A stretch of DNA of 64,000 nucleotides from Calcarisporiella thermophila CBS 279.70. Its lineage: Eukaryota; Fungi; Calcarisporiellomycota. Made by a program: the position numbers and the translations under genes. The stretch is taken from positions 142,921-206,920 of the forward strand of contig NW_027192196.1 in assembly GCF_041956535.1 (NCBI RefSeq). The letters run 5' to 3'. Shown here in pieces: positions 10,917 to 22,335 of this stretch (the stretch's first letter is position 1; each line of letters begins with the position of its first letter). Under the pieces are notes generated by a model that did no database searches, was not told the origin of the DNA, and saw only the letters and a program-made list of their open reading frames with translations.

Positions 10917-12552
10917 CAGTCACGTCTGAAATGGCAGTCACAACATGGTCAAATGCCCTTTTACCTCAATTATTTCAGCATTCTCCCCACGAGAGAGGGG
11001 TGGAAAGCTTATTGTAGAAAAAACTTCAGAGTTTATCCTCTTGTTAGATAAAATAATAAGCCACTTATAATAACAAAATTGTGGATATGGAAAGTTGAAG
11101 TTTTAGAGATGCATAAATACATTCTGTAAATCTACATTATATCTGCTATTTTGATCAATCACTATTTTCTCGTATTATTGCCTAATATTTTGTGTATCCT
11201 CCCTTAGCTAAACACACAGCTCGTATCCTCGCCGGCATACTTGCGTAAAGTTTCTCAATGTATTCCTCATCGATACTTTCCCATTCTGTCTCAATTCGTT
11301 GCCACAGCTCATCTTTGTTCTTTGGTAACTTTTGGTATTTACCAAGCTTTCGTTTTAATTCACCCCACATATGTTCTATTATATTGAGATCTGGTGACTG
11401 TGAAGGCCACTCCAGTACCTGTACCTTGTTGTCTCTCAGCCAGGCTTTGGTGATGTTAGCTGTATGTTTGGGATCATTTTCATGTTGGAATATCACATCC
11501 AAATTATTGAGCTTATAATACTCCAATGTCCATTTGTATTCCTCACTGAGAATCTTACAGTAAAGTTGAGCATCAAGTTCCTCGTTGATTCAAGTTAGGT
11601 AGCCAACACCATACGCTGTAATGCAGCCCCACCCCATCAAAGATCCACCCCATGTTTAAGTGTTGGTTGGATATGGCGATTACGAAGAGGCTCACCATTG
11701 CGCTTGTAGTAGTATTGTTTTCCTCCCTCGTTTGCGAATGTATTTTCGTCTCATCGGAAAACACTACTCGCTTCTAATCTTCCTCAGTCCAATGAAGATA
11801 CTTTTTAGCAAATTCCAGTCGTTTTCTCCGATGCGTAACTATAAGTAGAGGCTTCTTTGGCCGAACCCAAGTTAGTATCTCGTGTCGTTGTATAACCCTC
11901 TTCACATTGCTAACAGACATAACCATATCATATTCGTCTTTAAAATATTTTGTCACATCAGCAGCATTTTTACATTGGCCCGATGTCAATAGCGTGACAA
12001 TCTTCCTTTCTTCTATTTCGCTTAAAACGAGAGGGCGGCCAGCTGACGGCCTTTTGAGATCGGGACGTCACTTCGCTTCCTCCCTGACGACCTTAGCTGC
12101 AGTAGTATGGTGGATGTTTAGAGCCGCTGCGATCTGACTTGAGGAGGCACCTTCCTTCGCACGCTGGACAATACCGGCCCGGATCTTGTTTGGAAGAGGT
12201 TTCATTTTGGTTGTTAATATTGATAATAATAATAAATACAAATCTCTCTTTATATGTCAAAATATAATGGAAGGTAATGAAAAAAAAAGTAAGAAGGATT
12301 CAAAATGAAAAGAAATTGCAGACTATTTGTAAAGAAAAGACAAAATGTAGGAACGCACTCAAAAAAATTCATCTGCCCCAGAACACCAGTTTTTGTTTAT
12401 TAAACATGGCTTGCATATATCCCTAAAAAGAGTGTAGACTCTGCAGTTTTTTATAAATAACTTTCACACCCTTCTTTTATGGGGAGTTACCGAAATAATG
12501 GGGGTGAAAAGGACATTTGGTCATGTTGTGACTGCCATTTCAGACGTGACTG
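10917..12552 (-). mobile_element. Tc1/mariner DNA transposon, 1636 bp, with a decayed transposase (12205 to 11182)
   Basis: Perfect 31-bp TIR CAGTCACGTCTGAAATGGCAGTCACAACATG, extending imperfectly to about 125 bp; TA duplication at 10915-16 and 12553-54; motifs FSDETKI, FQHENDPKH, WPSQSPDLNIIE; premature stops and frameshifts. Confidence 0.95.
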
Positions 12553-15021
12553 TACGTCTACTCAACCAGTCGGTGAAGAAGGAGCGCTTCAAGATGGAAA
12601 CTCTTCAGTCAATTCTACCCCTGATACAGGAGGACGACTGGTTGACTTCGATAGATCTCAAGGATGCGTTCCTGCACGTACCGGTCCACCAGGAGTCCAG
12701 GAAATACCTCCAGTTCATCTGGGGTGGCAGGAAGTATCAGTTCAAAGTTCTTCCCTTCGGACTAACTTCTTCTCCCCGGATATTCACCAAGGTCCTGCGC
12801 CCAGTCCTCACGGTGTGCCGAAAGGCAGGGACAAGAGTGGCGGCTTACCTGGACGATCTACTGATTGCAGCATCGTCGATAGAAGAGTCCAAGATGCACA
12901 CCCAAATGTTGATCAACACTTTGGAGAAGTTCGGCTTCGTGGTCAATTTCGAGAAGTCAACTCTAACATCTTCCCAAGAGATCGAACACTTGGGGTTCAA
13001 GATTCACACCCGGGAAATGATTCTCAACCTTCCGCTGAAGCAAGTCAGGGATATATCCAGGGTAGCGCTCAGGCTCTACAAGACCGGAGTAACTACCCCT
13101 CGACAGCTCGCTGCATTCCTGGGAACTACGAATGCAGCCTGCCCTGCGGTCATGACGGGAAGGCTGTTCGCTCGCTCACTAATGATGGCGTTATCTTCAG
13201 CCCTGAACGCCAATCCCGATTGGGATACCCCATTCACAATACCGGAGGAAGCGTTGGAAGAGCTCGATTGGTGGGCAGAGGAGTTCGGGAAATGGAACGG
13301 TCGCTCCTTCCTACCACCAGCCCCGGCAGAAAGCGCTACGACCGATGCGTCAGACGACGGTTGGGGCGCGCAATACAAGTCTATGACTATCGGGGGTCCA
13401 TGGTCCCCGGAGGAGAAAAAGTTCCACATCAACTGGAAGGAACTCAAAGCCGTGGAGTTGTGTCTGGAGGCCTTCCCTTCTCTCAGGGAGACCACCTTAC
13501 TGGTCCGGACGGACAACACTACGGCCTTGGCGTACCTCAACAATCTCGGAGGGACTCGTTCTCCTCGTCTCAACGAGATTGCCAGGAAGATCTGGACAAT
13601 CTGCCTGGAGCGACACATACAATTGGTAGCGGAACACATCCCCGGTCACCTGAATACCAAGGCGGACACAGCATCTCGGGAGATCAGGACGAATCAAGCA
13701 TGGTTTATTGACAACCGGGCATTCAACAAGATAGAGAAGGCCTGTGGGGACCACACTCAGTGGACCTATTCGCGGACAGACTCACGAACCGTCTCCCGCT
13801 TTTCTTCTCATGGCACCCAGAGCCAGGGGCAGCAGCGACAGATGCCCTAATGCAGGATTGGAGCAAAGAGCTGAACCCATATACCAATCCTCCGTGGGCT
13901 CTGATAGCACGGGTCTTACGCAAAGTGTTGCTGGAACAGGTCAAGTTGACGGTGGTGACCCCGCACTGGCCATCAGCTCCCTGGTTTCCCCTACTGCAAC
14001 AGCTGAGCATAGCGAAGCCAGTCAGAAATCCGAGGAAAGCGATCCAGCTAGCCACTCCCCTAACGAGACACCCCCTCAAGATCAAGTCGTGGTTTTTGAC
14101 AGCTTGGCGCATCTCAGGGAAGAATTGCGTTCGCAAGGCTTATCCTTAGAAGCGCAAAATGTCATACTAAGGGACCATGAAGGGGCGGAAAAGCGCAAGA
14201 GTTACTCTTCGGCGCAGAAGAAGTGGTTCGAGTGGTGCAAAGCAAATGACGTGCCTCCTTTCCTTGCTCCTGCGGTGGCAATCGCTAATTTCCTGGCAAG
14301 CCAATACGCACAGGGAAAATCGGCGGATTCCTGCCATCTATATCGCTCAGCCATCGGGGAACTACAGACAAGCCATCCATCTCATCTCGATTCCATCGTC
14401 GCTAGATTCCTTAGGGCAGTACTGCCAGTAGGCGCCCCTCTTAAACCTGGCGGTAGTCACCTTTTCTAGAGTATCCGACCTAGCACGTATGGACCTTCAG
14501 TCGATCGCGGTCGGCGAAACAATGATGAAGGGGAAGATAATAGCACCGAAGGAAACGAGAAGGAATCGGCGCATCATAAAACCCTTCCACGTCCATCGAT
14601 TCCCAGATCCCAACCTCTGTCCGGTAGAGTGTTTCATTGAATATAGGAGGTGCTGGCAAGAGCAGGGTAAACTGCAACAAGGGCTCAGAGGTATTCCTCT
14701 GCCCTGGGATTGCTCGCCCTGCGAGGCCCGCAACGATTTCGCGATGGATCAAAACAATCTTCGCAATCGCCTCACCCGACGCAAGAGCCCACGACGCGCG
14801 GAAAACAGGAGCCACCCTCGCTCTACGAAGATTCAATGTAGACACAGTGGTCGCAATAGGGAATTGGTCTTCCACCACTACTTTCGACCTATACTACCGC
14901 AGGGATAGAGCTGTAAATGCCGATATCTCGGGCACGCTTCTCTCCTTAGAACTCGAGGAAGCGCGCTAGGGCCTTCTGGATCACCGTGAAGCATGGACTG
15001 CTGACGTAGTCCGCATTCTAT

Positions 15022-15901
15022 TTTAGCACTAAGCCTAGTGTATGCGACGGCTTAGTATAAATGGAATAGGCACTCAGCACCCCATGCTTCACGATCCCAC
15101 CCCTTCTCGGGAGGGCCAAGGAGTTGCACTTGGGAAACGACAGCTTTTTATACTCTTGATTTATTCTCAGATTTTTTTTATTTTTCTTCAAATTTCTTTA
15201 ATTTTCTATGCAAAATTCTCTGGAAGTAGCTCATTTGTNNNNNNNNNNNNNNNNNNNNNNNNNNNNNNNNNNNNNNNNNNNNNNNNNNNNNNNNNNNNNN
15301 NNNNNNNNNNNNNNNNNNNNNNNNNNNNNNNNNNNNNNNNNNNNNNNNNNNNNNNNNNNNNNNNNNNNNNNNNNNNNNNNNNNNNNNNNNNNNNNNNNNN
15401 NNNNNNNNNNNNNNNNNNNNNNNNNNNNNNNNNNNNNNNNNNNNNNNNNNNNNNNNNNNNNNNNNNNNNNNNNNNNNNNNNNNNNNNNNNNNNNNNNNNN
15501 NNNNNNNNNNNNNNNNNNNNNNNNNNNNNNNNNNNNNNNNNNNNNNNNNNNNNNNNNNNNNNNNNNNNNNNNNNNNNNNNNNNNNNNNNNNNNNNNNNNN
15601 NNNNNNNNNNNNNNNNNNNNNNNNNNNNNNNNNNNNNNNNNNNNNNNNNNNNNNNNNNNNNNNNNNNNNNNNNNNNNNNNNNNNNNNNNNNNNNNNNNNN
15701 NNNNNNNNNNNNNNNNNNNNNNNNNNNNNNNNNNNNNNNNNNNNNNNNNNNNNNNNNNNNNNNNNNNNNNNNNNNNNNNNNNNNNNNNNNNNNNNNNNNN
15801 NNNNNNNNNCAATAAAACGGCCTCATCATCGTGAAGCATGGACTGCTGACTGCCTATTCCATTTATACTAAGCCGTCGCATACGCTAGGCTTAGTGCTAA
15901 A
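15022..15901. repeat. About 74-bp inverted repeat pair (15022-15095 and 15828-15901): DIRS ICR/ITR structure
   Basis: The reverse complement matches with about 4 mismatches; CGTGAAGCATGGACTGCTGAC also recurs directly at 14985 and 15830. Confidence 0.8.
15239..15809. other. Assembly gap (N run)
   Basis: Run of N bases. Confidence 1.
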
Positions 15902-17018
15902 TAAAATTAATGTGCTAACCAAAAAAAAAAAGCTCAAAAATAACTTAGTTGCAAAAGTGAGTGCAGAGGAGAGAACTGACGTGAATAAGTACTGAGAGTG
16001 CTAACGGAACCAGAGCGAGACGGAACTAAAGCGAAAAATTTCAAGTTAAAGAAATGGAAACTGACGGAGGCACCTTAATGAATGGAACATAAATCACCCT
16101 TCTTTTTGAAGTTCTATGGTTAAAAAATCACCTAATAAGGTACATAGATTTAAAGTGGATCAAACAAGCACTTCATACCCTATTTTAATATAAATATTTT
16201 AATTTTTTTTATATTATTATATCTATTTTTGTAGCCCAAATCCTGAAATACGCTAACAGAAATATCGATAAGGATTCTTAGTTGCTGGTGAAACGAATGT
16301 TTTCACTAACGCTATTTGATTATAAGTAGGAGTAGTATAAATTAATACATTTAAGTGTCGACTGCGTCCTGATGAAGCATTCTATCGAGCAAGTATGGAC
16401 TAGGATGTTGAAGAGAATAAATAAATGATATTCTGTTTAGAGCTATCAAAATCCTAAAGGAGAATGAACAATGCAGCATTAACAGATAACAAATTTGAAG
16501 TAGGTAATACTAAACGACCTCTTTATTCAAGTTCTAAGCGGAGATTTATTCTATCAATAGCTATAGCTTCAATTTCTATATAAAAAAACATTGAACCCAA
16601 AAGACTCTAACCACATTGTCAGGAGGCGAAAGCTTGTAGCGGTCCTTACAGCCCCTAAAATAGTTGCACGTACATGGCTTAGCATACGAGAAGCGTAGCT
16701 GGAGGAACTCAATCTAGAGAGCTTTGCCCTAGCTTAGAACTACATTTTCAAGGGAATTGCGTTTTGAACAACTTACCTCCTTAAATCTTTTAATTCTTAA
16801 TTTCTATTCTATTTTGAAAACAAGTCCACCACTTATTTCACTTGACTGAATATCACGACATTTGCATTGGTTTGCAATTGATCCTTATCATAGCAATTGA
16901 TAATATAATTTTATTTGAATCAGTTTTCTACCTTTAGAATAACTCCTTATCACGTATTTCGACTTCAGCTCCTTAAATTGGAGTACACCTCTTTAAAATT
17001 CTTAGCGAGAGAAATTAG

Positions 17019-19460
17019 ATGGAGAAAAGGAGCCTCACTGTTACTAAAGATGACAAAAAGGACAGCTTTGAAGTATTGGAATCGATGCAAGGTATAATTG
17101 AGAAGATTAAAGTAAAGCTTACAGGTTCGTGGGAAAAGAAGATTGTGCAGGTAATCTGTGAGAATGAGAATTCAGTCCCGCTTGATCTAATGAGGAATTG
17201 GAAATCAGTTGAAGGAGCAAAAGCAATCACCCAAATGCTTCGCGAATTTAAGAGCTTGAAGCAACTTGATCTTAGAGGTAATTCTATTACTGATAAGGAT
17301 GCAAAAGAAATCGCCCAAGCGCTTCAAGCGTATACGAGTTTGACACAGCTTGGCCTGGAAGAAAATGATTTAGAAGATGAGGGTGGAGAGGCTATAGCTC
17401 AAGCGTTAAGAGAGAACAAAACTTTGGCTAAGCTTAATCTTAGCGCAAATGGTATATCAGATATTGGAGCAATAGCAATTGCTCAGGCGCTCCGAAAAAA
17501 CAAGGGTTTAAAACATCTTGATCTGGGTTGGAATCTATTATCAATTGAGGCAGGAATAGCGATTGCTGAAGCGCTTCGAGAGAACAGGACTTTAACACAA
17601 CTCATTTTGAGTAACAATATTGAAATATCAGTAAAAGGAGGAAAAGCACTTGCCGAAGCACTTCAAACGAACATGACATTGACGCAGCTTGAACTTGGTT
17701 ACAATAAGATATTAGATGAAGGAGCAATAGCAGTTGCCCTGGCACTTCGAGAGAACAAAGCTTTAAGCTATCTTGATTTGAGAGGAAATGGTATATCTTC
17801 TGAAGGAGGAAGGTCACTCGCTCAAGCGCTTCAAGTAAACAGGACTTTGGTTAATCTTGATTTGGGTGACAATAACCTGTTGGACAAAGGAGGAGGAGCA
17901 TTTGCTCAGTTACTTCGAGAGAATAGTGCTTTGACCTGCCTTGGCCTGAGTGAAAATAATATAACAGACGAAGGAGGAAGAGCACTCGGTCATGCACTTG
18001 GACTAAATAAAGGTTTAACGCAATTTAATCTAAGTAGTAATACCATCTCAGACGAAGGGGTGAAGGCGATTGCTCAAGCGCTTCGGGAAAACGATGTTTT
18101 GATTCATCTTGACTTGAGTGGCAATATCATAACAGACGCTGGGGGACGGGTAATCGCTAGTGCCCTTTGGGAAAATGGGACTTTGGCCAAGCTTGTTATG
18201 CGTGACAATAGGATGTCAGAAAAAGCTAGAGAGCACATAGCTAAATCGCTTCAAGAGAACAAGACTTTGAAGATATTTGAACTGGGCCATAGGGGATTAA
18301 CGCATGAGGGGCTACATGAAATTGCTCAAGCACTTCGAGAGAACACGCACTTGACACAGCTTGATTTGCAAAATAATAGAGTCGCAGCTGAAGAAGGAAA
18401 AATAATCGCACAAGCACTTAGAAAGAACAAGACATTGACGCAACTTAATCTAAGATACAATAGACTGTCAGACGAGGGTGGAAAGGCAATTGCACAAACT
18501 CTTCGAGGGAATAAGGCTTTGACTCAGCTGGAATTGGACGGAAATAACTTAACAGATGAAACAATAATTGTCATAGCTCAAGTGTTGAAAGAGAACAAAA
18601 CGTTGAAACGACTTTCTCTTGTATATAACGAGATATCGGATGAAGGAGGCATAGCCATAGGCCAGGCGCTCGAAGTAAATCAAAGCTTGGAACTCCTAGA
18701 TCTAACTAGCAATTTTATTGCTAATGAAGGTGGAAAAGCTATAGGTCGCGCTCTTCGAGTGAATAGGTCTTTAAAAGAACTTAGTCTCTGTGGCAATAGC
18801 ATTTCAGAGGAAGGTGGAAAAGCAATAGGTCAAGGACTCAGAGCGAACACGACATTGACCGAGCTCGTTTTGGGGGGTAACAGAATATCAATAGAAGGAG
18901 GGAAGGCAATTGCTCAGGCTCTTCTGGAGAACATGACCTTAACAAAACTTTATCTGGGTAGCAATGGCATATCAGAAGAAGGAGGAAAAGAAATTGCTCA
19001 AGCACTTTGCAATAACAAGACTTTATTGTTCCTCTCCCTGAGAGATGAAGGCATTTCGGATGAAGGAGCAAAGGCAATCGCTCAAGCACTTCGGAAAAAT
19101 AATTCCTTAGTAGAGCTTTGGCTTTTGGATAATAATATTTCAGATGAAGGAGGGAAATCGCTCGCTCAATCGCTTCAAGAAAATAAGGCTTTGGTGGGAC
19201 TTATTCTTCGTGACAATTGGATATCTGACGAAGGAGGGATGGCTGTTGCTCAAGCACTTTCAAAGAACAATACACTGAAGCAACTAGATATGGGCAATAA
19301 TTGTATTTCAGATGAGGGGGGAAGAGTATTTGCTCAAATTCTCTGCTTGAACAAGACTTTAACACAGTTCGATCTGCGTAAAAATAGGATATCCGAAGAA
19401 GGAGGAAGAGAAATAATTCAAATATTAAAAGAAAACGAGATTCTGTCTATACGATTGTAA
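17019..19460 (+). CDS. LRR-only protein, 813 aa, about 27 RI/NLRC3-like repeats
   Basis: Intact intronless ORF; about 50-aa N-terminal cap; no signal peptide, transmembrane segment or P-loop seen. Confidence 0.92.
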   Translation: MEKRSLTVTKDDKKDSFEVLESMQGIIEKIKVKLTGSWEKKIVQVICENENSVPLDLMRNWKSVEGAKAITQMLREFKSLKQLDLRGNSITDKDAKEIAQALQAYTSLTQLGLEENDLEDEGGEAIAQALRENKTLAKLNLSANGISDIGAIAIAQALRKNKGLKHLDLGWNLLSIEAGIAIAEALRENRTLTQLILSNNIEISVKGGKALAEALQTNMTLTQLELGYNKILDEGAIAVALALRENKALSYLDLRGNGISSEGGRSLAQALQVNRTLVNLDLGDNNLLDKGGGAFAQLLRENSALTCLGLSENNITDEGGRALGHALGLNKGLTQFNLSSNTISDEGVKAIAQALRENDVLIHLDLSGNIITDAGGRVIASALWENGTLAKLVMRDNRMSEKAREHIAKSLQENKTLKIFELGHRGLTHEGLHEIAQALRENTHLTQLDLQNNRVAAEEGKIIAQALRKNKTLTQLNLRYNRLSDEGGKAIAQTLRGNKALTQLELDGNNLTDETIIVIAQVLKENKTLKRLSLVYNEISDEGGIAIGQALEVNQSLELLDLTSNFIANEGGKAIGRALRVNRSLKELSLCGNSISEEGGKAIGQGLRANTTLTELVLGGNRISIEGGKAIAQALLENMTLTKLYLGSNGISEEGGKEIAQALCNNKTLLFLSLRDEGISDEGAKAIAQALRKNNSLVELWLLDNNISDEGGKSLAQSLQENKALVGLILRDNWISDEGGMAVAQALSKNNTLKQLDMGNNCISDEGGRVFAQILCLNKTLTQFDLRKNRISEEGGREIIQILKENEILSIRL

Positions 19461-19879
19461 GATCTCAATAATAGTTTATTTCAAACTGTTAGTATCTATT
19501 AAAATTATAATTATCAATAAATTTCCGGTTTTGTAAGGTATGATAAACTAGCTGACTTTGGCAAACTTCAACACGAGTATTATAGTTGCCCATTTTACAA
19601 GGGAACTATTCACACAGATTAATTCATCCTAGTGTGCACTAAAAGACTAGTTTGCCATAATATCAATTGCAAAGAACATTTTGCAATATTTTTCAAGATT
19701 TATTAATTTCCAAAAATAGCAGTTTTTTCTTGTATTTATCATGTTTTAACTTTTGTCATAAAACAAGGCCTTGTAACTGCCTTATTGAGTTCTCTCGAGC
19801 CTTCAAATATACATAATTTAGCTCCTAGTTGAATAAAATCCAAAATATCAATGTGTATAAAAGCCCAGCCTTAAGGCAT

Positions 19880-21210
19880 TGTTATATTTAGTAAATCCCA
19901 GGACGGAATCTATTGATAAACTGCTTCAAGAGAAAAAATGTTGCACGCAGCTTGACGTGAGCTTTAAAGAGATATCAGTCATGGAAGGAAAACCAATTGC
20001 GCTGGCACTCTAAAATAATTTGACATGGTCTAATCTTGACCTCGGCTATAACAGGATATCAGACGAAGGAGGAAAGGATATAGCTAAGGCTCTTCGGCAG
20101 AATAATGTTTTGGAACAGCTTTGCCTGCGGAGCAATATAATATCAGAGGAAGGAGGATGTGCAATCGCTGGTGCGCTTCAAGTGAACAATACTTTGACAA
20201 AACTTGATTTGGGTTGGAATTACATATCAATTGAGGGAGGAAAGGCTTTGGCTCGAGCACTTCTAGAAAACAAGATTTTGACTCACCTCAATATGCAGCA
20301 TAATAGCATTTCGAATGAAGGAGGAAAAGCAATCGCCCGAGTACTTCTAGAAAATAAGAGCTTAACACACCTAGATTTAGGACACAGTCGTATTACAGGT
20401 GAAGGAGGGGAGGCGATATGTCAAGCTCTTCGAAAAAATAAGACCCTGGTTCATCTTTATTTAGGAGGCAATTTTTTATCAAGAAATGGCCAAAAATATA
20501 TCTCTCGAGCTCTCCGGGTAAATAAGCCTTTGAAGGAACTTGATCTAAGCTTGAACCATATATCAGATAAAGGTGGAAAATCAATCGCGCGAGCACTTCT
20601 GGTGAACAATACTTTGACATATCTTGACCTGCGGGGTAATAGGTTATTAGGTGAAGGTGGAAAGGCGCTAGCTCAAGCTCTTCTTGGAAACAACATTTTA
20701 TCGCAACTTGATCTCAGTGGCAACATGATATCCGATGAAGGAGCCAAAGCAATCGCTCTAGCACTTTTAGAGAACCAACGATTAACGCTGCTTGATCTCG
20801 GCTTTAACGATATAACGGAGAAAGGAGGAAAAGCAATCGCTTATTCACTTCAAAAAAATACAATACTGGCTCGACTCTATTTGCAGGGTAATAGATTATT
20901 AGCTAAGGGAGGAATTGCATTTGCTCAAGCACTTTCAGAGAATAAGAGTTTAATACACCTGGATTTGAGTTTGAATGGCTTAACGGATGGAGGAGGGAAG
21001 GCAGTAGCTCAAGCACTTCGCCAGAACAAGAATTTGACGACGCTAAATATGGCGAGAAATAAACTATCAACTGAGGGAGGAAAGTCATTTAATCAAGCGC
21101 TTCAAGAGAATAAGACATTGACGCGACTTTGGCTAGGAGGCAATAAGATATCCGATGAAGTAAAAAAAGTAATTGCTCAAGCACTTCGAGAGAACAAAAA
21201 ACTGAAGTAG
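19880..21210 (+). pseudogene. LRR gene (about 14 intact repeats, 20020-21210) with a disrupted 5' end
   Basis: LRR homology continues upstream (LDVSFKEISVMEGKPIALAL) but is cut by a TAA near 20010; the long ORF starts at TTG. Confidence 0.75.
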
Positions 21211-22335
21211 CAAATCCGAGTAGAAAATGCACGTCGGTTGAAGGTTAGAGACATATAATCAAGATCTTCGGGAGATTAATATAACTGTTGGAGTTAGTCT
21301 TTATTGTATCTATTACATATATATATATATTGAGCTTCCTTCGTTTCAACAGTCGCATAAGGTAAACACAATTGATATTCACACCATCAAATTGAGTGGC
21401 TAGGTTGAAAGCTGAAATCGGTCTAGTTTTAGCGACATAGTTTGAGTCAAATATTTGGATAATGTTCAAGTAGTTAACCATATTTACACAAAATTTGTGA
21501 GCAACAGAGCTTAAGATAAGGAGACAATAAAAGTGAATAAGAGTCAAACGTAATAGGAAGAATGAACGCGGAAAAATATTAGATATCGCCGCGGATATGC
21601 AAATATGAGAATCCGGTATTCGCGCTATTGTATTCTAACCTAATAATCTTTGGTAACCATTCTTCATTCGCTGCTGCGACATTCCCGATGCAGGTTCACA
21701 CATCCATCTTCGGCTACTCCAACTCTTTCATTTTTCCGTATCCTCAGTTAGGAAATCCTCATATTTAGTTTGCTTGACTCATGGTCTCCAAGTCATAGAT
21801 TACTCTCCGACCATGCCACAAACATTCTAATCTAAGTAATAAGATAATGAAGAGTTGATTTTTTTTCTTTGTTGTCTCTATTATCTATTTTATATCCCGT
21901 AGATAATCGCGTTATTCACTCTTAGATATCAAAATATATTAAGCTTTTAAAGCATAACCTTTACGAGCTAATGAAAGCAGCCCGTGCTTCGATAAAACAA
22001 AGGTATATACTAGCTTATAAAAATATCTTCTCCAAAAATTTGTCATAGTTTCCTTGTCTCTACTATTCTGAATGTAGCTGTTCAGTAATACCCTTTTGTT
22101 CTCCCGTACTTAAAAACATATTGATGTCATAAACAATCAAGCGCTTTTCATAAAATCATAGAGCTTTCAGATACTCGCTTCCGCAAATTTTTCCGTGTTG
22201 CATTTTGGTTAAACTTGCGATCTTCATCGTGAATTATTAATCAATATTTGGCTAAGCCAATAAATTATAAATATAGCGAATATAAATGGCCTAGGTTGCA
22301 CGCATTCAGGACATAGTTTTCACTCTGAAGACACC

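Larger units (their letters stand above)
10487..15901 (+). mobile_element. DIRS-type retrotransposon, copy 2 (gag end, RT, RNase H, MTase-like domain, YR, terminal repeats); interrupted by Tc1 and by an N gap
   Basis: RT YLDD, RNase H TTDAS, MTase DLFA...YTNPPW, YR motifs SRVSDL / HDARKTGAT / GNWSS...DLYY; frameshifts near 13744 and in YR. The 3' boundary is uncertain because of the gap. Confidence 0.9.

Noticed and set aside
15042-15881. Four long ORFs in the ORF track
   Set aside because: They consist of X residues across the N gap.
16370-16420. CTGATGA suggesting a hammerhead ribozyme
   Set aside because: No stem II followed by GAAA in the required arrangement.
4-21210. 84-nt periodic repeats resembling a CRISPR-like array
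   Set aside because: The periodicity is fully explained by LRR codons; no cas genes; eukaryotic context.
21285-21351. TGTTGGA...TTCAACA mini-LTR-like segment
   Set aside because: Only about 67 bp and no target-site duplication.
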